Positions 37,585-47,940 of a DNA stretch of 64,000 bases are shown here, piece after piece. The stretch covers positions 186,001-250,000 of the forward strand of contig NIVC01001185.1 of the NCBI GenBank assembly GCA_002269645.1. The letters are read 5' to 3'. A program made the translations under genes and the position numbers. Source of the stretch: Macrostomum lignano (lineage: Eukaryota). The notes under the pieces are model-generated. The model did no database searches and was not told where the DNA came from. It was given only the letters and a program-made list of their open reading frames with translations. The first letter of the stretch is position 1. Each line of letters opens with the position of its first letter.

Positions 37585-40120
37585 TCTGACATGACGCTTC
37601 TTTTGATTTTTACATGACGCTTCTTTTATTCTTCCATTATTCTTTTTAATTTTTTAAATGACACTTTCATTAGTTTTTATATGAGGCTTCTATGATTGTT
37701 TGCATGACGCTTCTATGATTTTACCATGACGCTTCTATTATTGTTTGCATGACGCTTCTATGATTTTTACATGACGCTTCTATGATTTTTACAGGACGCT
37801 TCTATGATTTTTTACATGACGCTTCTATGATTTTTTACATGACGATTCTATGATTTTTTACATGACGCTTCTATGCTTGTTTACATGACGCTTCTATGAT
37901 TGTTTACATGACGCTTCTATGATTTTTTCATGACGCTTCTATGATTGTTTACATGACGCTTCTATGCTTGTTTACATGACGCTTCTATGATTGTTTACAT
38001 GACGCTTCTATGATTTTTTCATGACGCTTCTATGATTGTTTACATGACGCTTCTATTATTGTTTACATGACGCTTCTATGATTGTTTACATGACGCTTCT
38101 ATGAATTTTTACATGACGCTTCTATGATTTTACCATGACGCTTCTATGATTTTACCATGACGCTTCTATTATTGTTTGCATGACGCTTCTATGATTTTTA
38201 CATGACGCTACTATGATTTTTACATGACGCTTCTATGATTTTTTCATGACGCTGCTATGATTGTTTACATGACGCTTCTATGATTTTTTCATGACGCTTC
38301 TATGATTTTTGCATAAAGCTTCTATGATTATTACATGACGCTTTTATTATTTTTTCATGACGCTTCCATGATTTTTTCATGACGCTTCTATGTTTTTTAT
38401 GACGCTTTTTTGACTTTTACATGACGCTTCTATGATTGTTTGCATGACGCTTCTATGATTGTTTACATGACGCTTCTTTTATTCTTGCATTATTCTTCTT
38501 AATTTTTTAAATGACACTTTCATTAGTTTTTATATGAGGCTTCTATGATTGTTTGCATGACGCTTCTATGATTTTACCATGACGCTTCTATTATTGTTTG
38601 CATGACGCTTCTATGATTTTTACATGACGCTACTATGATTTTTACATGACGCTTCTATGATTTTTACAGGACGCTTCTATGATTTCTTAAATGACGCTTC
38701 TATGATTTTTTACATGACGCTTCTATGATTTTTTACATGACGCTTCTATGATTGTTTACATGACGCTTCTTTTATTCTTGCATTATTCTTCTTAATTTTT
38801 TAAATGACACTTTCATTAGTTTTTATATGAGGCTTCTATGATTGTTTGCATGACGCTTCTATGATTTTACCATGACGCTTCTATTATTGTTTGTATGACG
38901 CTTCTATGATTTTTACATGACGCTACTATGATTTTTACATGACGCTTCTATGATTTTTACAGGACGCTTCTATGATTTTTTACATGACGCTTCTATGATT
39001 TTTACATGACGCTTCTATGAATTTTTACATGACGCTTCTATGATTTTACCATAACGCTTCTATTATTGTTTGCATGACGCTTCTATGATTTTTACATGAC
39101 GCTACTATGATTTTTACATGACGCTTCTATGATTTTTTCATGACGCTTCTATGATTGTTTACATGACGCTTCTATGATTTTTTCATGACGCTTCTATGAT
39201 TGTTTACATGACGCTTTTATTATTTTTTCATGACGCTTCTATGATTGTTTACATGACGCTTCTATGATTGTTTACATGACGCTTCTATGATTTTACCATG
39301 ACGCTTCTATGATTGTTTGCATGACGCTTCTATGAATTTTTACATGACGCTTCTATGATTTTACCATGACGCTTCTATGATTGTTTGCATGACGCTTCTA
39401 TGATTTTACCATGACGCTTCTATGATTGTTTACATGACGCTTCTATGATTTTTACATGAGGCTTCTATGATTTTTTCATGACGCTTCTATGATTTTTTAT
39501 GACGCTTTTATGACTTTTACATGACGCTTTTATGATTTTTTATGACGCTTTTATGATTGTTTACATGACGCTTCTATATTTTTTTAAATGACGCTTTTAC
39601 GATTTTTTACATGACGCTTCTATGATTGTTTACATGACGCTTCTATGATTTTTTAAATGCCGCTTTTACGATTTTTTACATGGCGCTTCTATGATTGTTT
39701 ACATGACGCTTCTATGATTGTTTACATGACGCTTCTATGATTTTTTACATGACGCTTCTATGATTGTTTACATGACGCTTCTATGATTTTTTCATTACGC
39801 TTCTATGATTGTTTACATGACGCTTCTATGATTTTTACATGAGGCTTCTATGATTTTTTCATGACGCTTCTATGATTTTTTATGACGCTTTTATGACTTT
39901 TACATGACGCTTCTATTATTGTTTACATGACGCTTCTATGATTGTTTACATGACGCTTCTATATTTTTTTAAATGACGCTTCTAGGATTTTTTACATGAC
40001 GCTTCTATGATTCTTTAAATGACGCTTCTATGATTTTTATAAGACGCTTTTACGATTTTTTACATGGCGCTTCTATGATTGTTTACATGACGCTTCTACG
40101 ATTCTTTACATGACGCTTCT
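37585..40120. repeat. AT-rich satellite, ~21-22-bp unit CATGACGCTTCTATGATT(T/G)TTTA
   Basis: About 2.5 kb of tandem units with an invariant ATGACGCTT core; a few degenerate units also at 36030-36130. Confidence 0.95.
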
Positions 40121-41706
40121 TTTTAAAAAGTCTTTTAGTTTTCCTGACGTTGAAAAGCTTTAATTAAAAAATTATACTCTATGAAAATTCGAACCATAGT
40201 CGCTGCATTTGGCAGTTCAGTTTATTCACCTCTAGGCTAGCTCTCATCGTTTTGATAACATCAAATTTTGCACTTATATAATTCAACACTTTAAAATCCA
40301 AGCATAGAGTAAATCACACGAAGCAGTTATGACATAATCAGTTTCTCAGTCAGTCAGTATCAGTTAACAATATGGTTACGCAATTTAAATCAAGTCTGGT
40401 GCTACGCTTCCACACTGCATTTTCAATTCAACTCGGAGTTACAATTCAGTTATGATGCAATCTATTTCAGAATCAGAATTCAACCAGTTAGTTTTTTCTC
40501 TAGCATTCTTACAATGCATTTCAAGTCGAAAAGTTTGCTTGACCTTTGCAAAAAAGCATGTTTTTCGAATATTTAATGCCTTTAGCATCGAGCAATTTCT
40601 TAGCCACGATGCATGTACAGTGACGGGAAAATTTCTGATCGAACAGTGCAAGTTCGAACAAAATCGGTCCAGCCATTTTTTCTCTAATCGATTGCGTACA
40701 AACAAGCAACTCATTTTTTTTAGCCCCTGATCTAGAAAGACATGGTGTTCAAAACGGTCCGTTGCACCTTATATTCTTATGCTTATTTCTGATTTTCATT
40801 GACAGACCTGTATGAATTGATGCCATATGTATGTTATACACGGCCACCCTCTCATTCCCTGCGCGGGATATTTTAGTCCAAATGCACATTGAGCAGATGT
40901 ACGTGCAAGGTTGGTGAACGTGTAAATTGGATGTACGTTTCTCTCGTATCGAACCCTTAGGTTGGCTCCTAAATAGCTCGTATATCGCAATCAATGTCCA
41001 AAGTCGGGGCCGAAGGTCTTACTCGGCAAATTATCTCGATTTCGCGCCAGTCACTACGTACGAGCGTATAGACCGCGATTAGGGCACTGAAAGCACCATT
41101 AGCTTGTTGTACTAAGCGCTACAACTGATGAATTAATATTTGATCGGGACCAGAAAGAGCTACTCGTATAGTACCGTAAATTGTTAAACTATTAATCCCG
41201 CAGAAGATTATATAACGGAAGATACGATGCTATAAAAATTCAACTTCTCAGTATACATTGGTACCTACAGCTTACATGTACGAGTACATGTGAGTTCTTG
41301 TGATACACAGATGGACTCATTCCTTTATTTGCCCTAATAAAAGCTCAAACAAAGTTCCGGAAAATTCCGTACCTGCAGCTTTTATTGACGTTTGGGTATC
41401 CAAACATGAAACCTACAGTAGCTAAAATATACCGAATGTGAACTATCATTTCGGGAACTGAGATGTCTCCCTCGTATATTGACCAATGTTTGAGATATCT
41501 GCTTTTGCATGAAACAAGCTTACGAGCTATTCTCTGACTCTGTCAAGGCAAACATAAAAAATCGAGAAAGACACAAGTCTATATACTCAGTCGATTTTTC
41601 GCAATATCGTCAAAAATCAAAAGCAAGACCTGAAGATGCGCGCCGTGATCGCCCAGCTGCTTCTTCTTCTTCTTCTGTTTCCCGGCACGCCGTTGACGCT
41701 TCGGCG

Positions 41707-44700
41707 TCAATATTGGCGGGGGCTCAGGCGCCCCACAGCACGTACGAAAGCGATGATCCGGCCGGTCGGCGCCGATAGGGGGTCCTCGACGCCGAAGTAA
41801 CGGGCTCTGGCGGCGTCACCTCTTGGGCAGCAGCGGAGGAGGTGGTCGGCCGTGTCCACCGCGCCGCAGTCACTACACTTGTCGTCCTCTTGGAGACCGA
41901 GACGTTGGCGGGTGGCGGCGCAGATGGTAGAGACGCCCGCTCTGAGTTGATTAACCAACACCTGTTCGCGTCGATTGCGGGTGGTGTCGGTTGGTGACGG
42001 CTGGTTGGTAGGCTCTGCGTCGCGGCGTCGGCGATCGCGGCGGATAGCGGCCCTCGCGGAGTCTAACGTGATGGCAGCTTCGCTCTGCGGAAGGGTAGCT
42101 GCCATAGCCGCCGCTCTGTCGGCCGCTTCGTTGCCGGCAATCTGGCAGTGGCCAGGTACCCATCCGAAGTAGACCTTGGAGTAATTGGCTTTCGCGATGG
42201 TGTCCCAGCAGGCGTACCCGGCAGCATTACGCTGGTCGGCCGGGCCGCGGGCCAGAGCCGACAGGGCGCTGAGGCTGTCTGTGAGGATGGCTATGCTGTT
42301 GGCGGCGGCGTGTAGCTCCAACGAGGCACGAAGGGCGGTTGCGATAGCAGTCATTTCTGCTTGGTAGCTGCTGCAGTATGTCCCGGCCGATGCTAGGTGC
42401 TCAGTGGTTGTACCATTATAGTGGATCACGGCCGCTCCCCCTCCGTGGGTGCAGCCTTCGTTGGCGGAGCCGTCCGTCCAGGCCGTGATCTCGAGCTCTT
42501 GGGCCGCTCTGAGGACCGCGTCGGCCGCTCTGGCGCGTTCTTCTGCCGGGGCTTTGCGGTTGACCATACTCGCCGTTGTGTCGAAGATAACTTCCGCGCT
42601 GATATCGCTTTCCCAGGGGGCAGCGATGGTGGTTTGCTCGCGCGCCATTTCATCGAGCGTCGCTACAACAGGGAGTTCTCGTGCGGCCCTCCTCCAGCAT
42701 CCGCGGTGTGGCCGTTCGCGGTCTCGGGCTCCTATTCCGCTTCCCGGTTCGTCTTGCGGGTCATAGCTTCGGTTTTTTAGGCGGGGTCTCGTCGAGCGGG
42801 CGGCGGTATCCACTGCCGGGCAGTCCGGCGGGAGACGAAGAATGCGCTCGCGAAGCATCGCCGCGCGTTCTATGGCGATCGAGCCGATCGGGGGGAGCCT
42901 GGCGATTTTGAGCGTGGTCTCGTTGCGGGTAGTACTGCAGCAGCCTGTGATCATGCGCGCGCATATCGACTGCTGTTGTTCGATCATGCGTCGCGTGCTA
43001 GGCGCTGCTCCGGTTAGCCATATACCGCTTCCGTAGTCTGCACACGCTCTGATAGTGGTGATATAGGCCGAGCGGAGGATGTTTTGGTCCGCTCCACTGT
43101 TGCGGTGGGCAATGGCCATGAGTGCGCCTCTGCGCCGGGCCATGCGGGCCTTTACCTCGGCTCCATGCTTGTTGAAGGTTAGCTGATCGTCAAGGGTCAG
43201 GCCTAGGAGTCGAGGGTGCGGATCGTATTTAAGTTCGGCTCCGTTAATGTGCAGGTTAAGTCGGACTTTTCCGTTGTTCTCTTGTGGCGAGAGAGTGAAG
43301 GTCGAGTAGATGCATTTCTCGGTGCTGAGGGTGACCTTCCACCGCTTACACCATTCGGCGGCCGCATCAATGGCTGGTTGCAGGATGTCGGCGCAGTCCG
43401 TTAGCTTCCTGCTGGTGGCTAACAGTGAGCTGTCGTCGGCGTAAAGGTTAATTTTACAATCAGGGCTAGCCCTTTTTATGGTCGTCGGCAGGTCGTTGAC
43501 GTACGTAGTCCACAGGGTGGGGGCGATGACGCTTCCTTGTGGGAGGCCCTCCTCGAGGACTCTTTCCCTGCTGAAAGTTTGTTGCCATTTCACCCTGGCG
43601 CGGCGGTCTCTGAGGAATTTGTGCACCCAGAGGATGAATCTAGCAGGTACCGTGAGCTCGTGTAGCTTAACAGTCAGAGCAGCGCGCCATACTCTGTCAT
43701 AGGCCTTGCTGAAGTCGAGTAGGCATATGGCAGAGCGTTTCGCTGGTTGTTCCTCAAAACCATCAAAAATCGATTGGCAGGTGTGGGCGAGGACCTCTTC
43801 GGTGCTCCTGCCCTGGCGAAAGCCCGCCTGCTCTGGGGCCAGTTTGTGTGTACGTTCAAGGTAAGCGTTAAGTCTTTGCTGTACGAGTTTCTCTCCGACC
43901 TTGCAGATGGAGCTCGTAAGTGCAATAGGTCGGTACGAGGACGGTGAGCTTGGCGATTTGTCCTTCTTAAGAATCGGTATGATAGTGGCTCTTCGCCATT
44001 CGGTGGGGACTTGGTCACCCTTCCAGACTCTGTTCAGGAGGTTGAGGATCTGAAGCTCCATGGCCAGGGGGAGCTGTTTCAGCATCTCATTGCTGACCTG
44101 GTCAGGGCCAGGGCATTTACCGGATTTGAGTCTGCGGATTATGTGACGGAATTCTCCGATAGTAAAGTCTGATTCCGGGCCGTGGTTGGTGGCGGTAGCT
44201 CTGCAGTTGCGGAGGATGCGGTTAGCCTCTTTCACTATAGCCTCGTCGTTGTCTCCCTTATCTAGCCGGGATTCTTTGGCGTAGATTTGCATGAAGAGGT
44301 CGGCCTTATTCTTTTTAGTGATAGCCACTTTAGTCCTACCAGAAGTTGGGTTGGTATAGCTAATGGTGGAGCTGGTAGCTTGTGGTTTGGCTTCGCCTCT
44401 CATGTTGCGGAGGGTCCTGTAGAGATTGGTGTCTAGCTTCATGTCTTTACACGTTTCCGACCAGAATTCTTTTTTGGCGTTGTGAATGGTATTGCAAAGG
44501 CACGTACGCGCTTGTGTGAGTTCCTGTATGTTTGTGTCGGATGCATCTGTTTCGACATTTTTGCGGGCTTGCTGATTTCTGTGTAGCGCTGTGTCGCATT
44601 CGTCATTCCAGAAAGGTCTCGAAATGTTCTGCGCGCCGTTCCGGGCTCCCTTCGGGATAGCTGCTGCGGCGGCTTGCAGTATGGCTTTGCAGATACGTTT

Positions 44701-46413
44701 GTGTTCTGCTTCGGGGGATTCCGCCGCGTCCTGGACATGATTTTGAAGGGTCTCTTTAAATAGCTGCCAATTCGCCTTCTTGTACGACCACTGCGCTTGT
44801 CGTTGTTGTCGTTGAGGGCGACGCGCTTGCACGCAGAAGGTGATAGGCAGGTGATCGGAGCCAAGATCTTTAGCGGTGGACCAGGTTCTGCAAACAACTG
44901 CGTTCGGACGGCCTCGGGCCAAGGTGCAGTCCGGTGCCGATTTGCCTCCCGTCGCTGGGTTGAGTCTTGTCGCAGAGTTCCTGGCGTTGCAGATGTTGAG
45001 GTTGTTACTACTCGCCCAGGTTTCCAGTTCGGCGCCCCTGGTATCTCCGGGCTGGAAAGGGTCCCAGTGACCGTGACAATTGAAATCTCCGCCTATGACG
45101 GTGGTGCCCGTTATCGGTATACGAGAGAGATCCGGAGTCCAGGCTTCATGTTGGCGTTGGTCACTGTGAGGGGCAGCGTACACGCTGGCGATGTTGAGGT
45201 CGCCTTGACCTTTGAGGTGGAGAGTGCACGCAGCAATATCAAGTGCGGCTTTGGATTGGTCGGGCAGGGTGGTGAAGTTGATATCGTTTCTGACCATGAT
45301 GAGGGCGCCTCCCCGACCGGCTCTCTTGGAGCGGCGTTGCGGTGGAGTCGGCGGGTTGGCTGGTCTGGCCGTTACTGGATCTTTAGGTGTAGACTTGGGC
45401 AATGTTGACGGTGTGCTGGATCGGCTCGCATCTTGTGGTGTCGAGCAGCAGCTCCCGATGTATTCGTGGTTCCAGTCTTTACTGCGCTTGAGGCCGCTAC
45501 ATTTCAGGTGTAGCCAGTTCCAGCACTGGTTGCAGCGGAGGCTAGTCTGGCGTTTGGTAATGATGTTGTTGCAGGCTGCGCACAGCCATGTGGAGGCGGT
45601 GTCGGGACCGGGTTGCAAGTTTTTGTTTTTTCGGTTTTCAGTGGTGTTTTTGCCGAGGGGTCCCGACGTCGCTCCGGTTGTATCGTTTGGTTGCGTCGTG
45701 GCCGTGTGGCGGTCAGGTCCGGATTGCGCGTTGTTATTTTTTTGGGTTTTATTGTGGTTGTCCGCGCCGATTTGGGCCTTCGCGTCTGGCCATGGCTCAT
45801 AGCGACGGGTGCAAGCTGATCGGGATGATCTGCAGCCTTTACACCAATCAGTTCTGTCATCAGGCCAGCGTAAACGGCACCGTGGCCTTCGCGGGAAAGT
45901 GCGGGCGGTGCACGTGGCGCCGGGCTGGAATGGCCGGGTGGCGGTGGCAGTTTCTGTTGCGCTCTCGGTGGCGTCTGAGCCTGGGAAAATGTCAATTTTG
46001 TTGCTGCCGTCGGCACGGGCTGCTACACTATAGCCGCTCGGGGCGGTGTAGCTCGTGTCCGGCGTTAGTTTTGTCTCTTGCAGAAGGACTGCCGCAGGGC
46101 GATGCGTATCCAGCCATCTGGTTAGTTCCGGAGTCCTGGCTCTAATGCCGTTACAGTTGAACTGTAGGATAAGGAGCTCTTCCAGTGCTTTAGCATGGCG
46201 CCTGTTGCGACGGTTGCCGTGTCTGCTTCCTTTAGGCGGGGAGTCGCTGCCGCCCCGTAGGCGGAGGACGTGGTCGAGGTTCCCGCTTTCCCGCTGATCG
46301 GGTGGGCCATTGTCGTAATCGTTGCTCTTCGTACGTGCTGTCCGGGGAAGGAGGGACACTTCGCCACATGGGAGATCCATGTGCTCGGGGGCGCTACGAG
46401 AAAGCGGTCCCAT
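41707..46413 (-). CDS. Retrotransposon polyprotein, 1568 aa: leader-LRLRGG, split APE with PHD-like insert, RT, RNase H, C-terminal Zn knuckle
   Basis: QFNCNG, QETK, GDFN and SDHLPI (APE); QAGFR, GLPQGSVIAPTLW and YADD (~43431-43443); WTDGS, QAE, TDS and GNEAAD (RNase H); CSDCG...H...C. Confidence 0.92.
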   Translation of the reverse strand: MGPLSRSAPEHMDLPCGEVSLLPRTARTKSNDYDNGPPDQRESGNLDHVLRLRGGSDSPPKGSRHGNRRNRRHAKALEELLILQFNCNGIRARTPELTRWLDTHRPAAVLLQETKLTPDTSYTAPSGYSVAARADGSNKIDIFPGSDATESATETATATRPFQPGATCTARTFPRRPRCRLRWPDDRTDWCKGCRSSRSACTRRYEPWPDAKAQIGADNHNKTQKNNNAQSGPDRHTATTQPNDTTGATSGPLGKNTTENRKNKNLQPGPDTASTWLCAACNNIITKRQTSLRCNQCWNWLHLKCSGLKRSKDWNHEYIGSCCSTPQDASRSSTPSTLPKSTPKDPVTARPANPPTPPQRRSKRAGRGGALIMVRNDINFTTLPDQSKAALDIAACTLHLKGQGDLNIASVYAAPHSDQRQHEAWTPDLSRIPITGTTVIGGDFNCHGHWDPFQPGDTRGAELETWASSNNLNICNARNSATRLNPATGGKSAPDCTLARGRPNAVVCRTWSTAKDLGSDHLPITFCVQARRPQRQQRQAQWSYKKANWQLFKETLQNHVQDAAESPEAEHKRICKAILQAAAAAIPKGARNGAQNISRPFWNDECDTALHRNQQARKNVETDASDTNIQELTQARTCLCNTIHNAKKEFWSETCKDMKLDTNLYRTLRNMRGEAKPQATSSTISYTNPTSGRTKVAITKKNKADLFMQIYAKESRLDKGDNDEAIVKEANRILRNCRATATNHGPESDFTIGEFRHIIRRLKSGKCPGPDQVSNEMLKQLPLAMELQILNLLNRVWKGDQVPTEWRRATIIPILKKDKSPSSPSSYRPIALTSSICKVGEKLVQQRLNAYLERTHKLAPEQAGFRQGRSTEEVLAHTCQSIFDGFEEQPAKRSAICLLDFSKAYDRVWRAALTVKLHELTVPARFILWVHKFLRDRRARVKWQQTFSRERVLEEGLPQGSVIAPTLWTTYVNDLPTTIKRASPDCKINLYADDSSLLATSRKLTDCADILQPAIDAAAEWCKRWKVTLSTEKCIYSTFTLSPQENNGKVRLNLHINGAELKYDPHPRLLGLTLDDQLTFNKHGAEVKARMARRRGALMAIAHRNSGADQNILRSAYITTIRACADYGSGIWLTGAAPSTRRMIEQQQSICARMITGCCSTTRNETTLKIARLPPIGSIAIERAAMLRERILRLPPDCPAVDTAARSTRPRLKNRSYDPQDEPGSGIGARDRERPHRGCWRRAARELPVVATLDEMAREQTTIAAPWESDISAEVIFDTTASMVNRKAPAEERARAADAVLRAAQELEITAWTDGSANEGCTHGGGAAVIHYNGTTTEHLASAGTYCSSYQAEMTAIATALRASLELHAAANSIAILTDSLSALSALARGPADQRNAAGYACWDTIAKANYSKVYFGWVPGHCQIAGNEAADRAAAMAATLPQSEAAITLDSARAAIRRDRRRRDAEPTNQPSPTDTTRNRREQVLVNQLRAGVSTICAATRQRLGLQEDDKCSDCGAVDTADHLLRCCPRGDAARARYFGVEDPLSAPTGRIIAFVRAVGRLSPRQY

Positions 46414-46421
46414 TGCCCACC
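46353..46421 (-). ncRNA. Putative HDV-like self-cleaving ribozyme at the retrotransposon 5' end
   Basis: GGTGGGC (P1) AAT GGGACC (P2) GCT TTCTCGT AGC (P3/L3) GCCCCC (P1') GA (P1.1) G CACATGG-ATCTC-CCATGTG (P4) GCGAA (J4/2) GTGTCCC (P2'). Folded by eye; P1 and P2 each need one bulge or mismatch. Confidence 0.75.
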
Positions 46422-47351
46422 CGCCCAGCTGCTGCTGCCGCTGCTGCTGCTGAGCCGCCCCGCCGCCTGCTGCAGGCAGCGAGTCGCCTTCCACCCGATC
46501 CTCACCTCTAACTGCGTGTCCCCAGCTCACTACCAGCTGCTCGACCTTGACATCGCGGCCTGTGCGCTTCGCTGTGGAGCGGCTCCGAGATGCAGAGCCT
46601 TCGCCATGGAGGCTGCGGCGGCCCCCTCGGACCGGCAGCTCTGCCTGCTGTTCGCCTTCGACGCCTGCAGCACGCGACTGCTGCTCGATCCCGGCTCGAT
46701 GGCGAGCAGCGGCTGCAGCAGCAGGAGGCTTCGAGTCTTCGTCAAGCGGTCGGAGGGTCTCGAGCCGGGCCGGCTCTGTCCCGCCGACTATCGCTGGGTG
46801 CCCGGCGTCAGCGGCAGCCGCTTCAAGGGCTCGCTGTACAAGGCAGCTGGGAACGGGCAGGTGACCGGATGGAGCGCTCAGGCCGACAGCTGCCGGAGCT
46901 TCCTGACCACCTCGGACGGGTCCGCCATGCCGCTGACGAAGCTCGCCGACCTGAGCAGCGTCGAGGAGCTCCAGGATGTGAGGACGTCAACTGGTCTGAC
47001 TGACAGTCAGCAGATTTGGGTTGGCGCCTTGATTCTGGCCAACGGCAGCTGGGCGTGGGCGGACTGCGGCTGGCCGCTGCCGGTTCTGGACACCAGCAGC
47101 GGCGGACTCTGGAGGCCTGGGGAGCCGAACGGTGGCAAGGATGCTACGAACCGTGCCAGAATCCGCGACATGACTCTGTATGACCATTCGGACTCATATT
47201 CATATCACGGAGGCTGCGAATGCTTGGATCCATTTCTGAATTTCACTATCGGTTGAATGGAAATCGAGAGGCCCGAGACTACAAACAATTAGATTCAACA
47301 TCTTTTTATATAGTGAACTGTAGCAACAATTGAACTCCGATATTAAACCAA

Positions 47352-47940
47352 AGAGTATGTGAACTCAAGAGTCAAAATGGAGCCCGAAACATTCGGCCCC
47401 GACTTCTCAGCTCGCCAATCTCTGCATTTGGATCCAAATAGCTCCCGTTATGCCTAAAACCGACCACTTTAGCATTCGCGGGAATCTCTAGGGGGAGAAA
47501 TGGGACAAATGGGGATTTCATATAAACTTAAGGCTCCAGATATGAGCCTGAAGCATCGGGTCCCAATTTCTCTACACTCATTTCGAGCTTTAAATGCTTA
47601 AATGACGAGGTGACCATGATAAACGTTCTTTTTATTTTTGGATGAAGAATAGAAGCGATAGTAATGATATGTTATGCCCCCCCATTATGTTATTCTAAAC
47701 GTGCATGCCCAAAATCATTCTCATGTAGCTAACGTTAATTTTTTATTACAATTGTTTCATAAATGGCTGTATACTAGAGTCGGATGAAATCCCTATTTCT
47801 CCCCATAGAGATCCCCAAATGCCAAAGTGGTCGGTTTTAGACATAGTAGGAGCTATTTGGCTCCAAATGAAAAGATTGGCGTAGAGAGAAATGCTTCAAT
47901 GCTTCGGGCTCCATTTTGACTATGGAGTTCACATCAGCTC
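47352..47940. mobile_element. MITE-like element with long imperfect terminal inverted repeats
   Basis: ATGTGAACTC..GTCAAAATGGAGCCCGAA...CCAAATAGCTCC...CTAAAACCGACCACTTT (47357-47510) is mirrored at 47790-47934. Confidence 0.7.

Larger units (their letters stand above)
41662..46421 (-). mobile_element. Full-length intact Ingi-like non-LTR retrotransposon
   Basis: 12-bp TSD CGCCCAGCTGCT at 41650-41661 and 46422-46433; (GAA)n 3' tail; single uninterrupted ORF. The Ingi assignment is inferred from the single-ORF APE-RT-RNase H layout. Confidence 0.92.
41636..47256 (+). pseudogene. Second PAN + C-type lectin paralogue, disrupted by LINE insertion in the signal-peptide codons
   Basis: ATG at 41636 (MRAVIAQLL). 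Removing the LINE and one TSD copy joins 41636-41661 to 46434-47256 into an intact 282-aa ORF, MRAVIAQLLLPLLLLSRPAACC..., paralogous to 33394-34260. Confidence 0.85.

Noticed and set aside
37585-40120. CRISPR-like regular repeats
   Set aside because: Units are contiguous with no unique spacers, there are no cas genes, and the context is eukaryotic. This is a satellite.
45604-45625. Possible 2A peptide (KNLQPGP) in the LINE ORF
   Set aside because: It lacks the D(V/I)ExNPGP consensus and lies inside the endonuclease insert.
46270-46433. N-terminal extension of the 328-aa lectin ORF (46270-47256)
   Set aside because: It is the antisense of the LINE 5' end; the true lectin start is at 41636.
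46414-46530. First 39 aa of the computed 1607-aa ORF
   Set aside because: Mostly outside the TSD-defined element and antisense to the lectin exon; the element's own ATG is at 46413.
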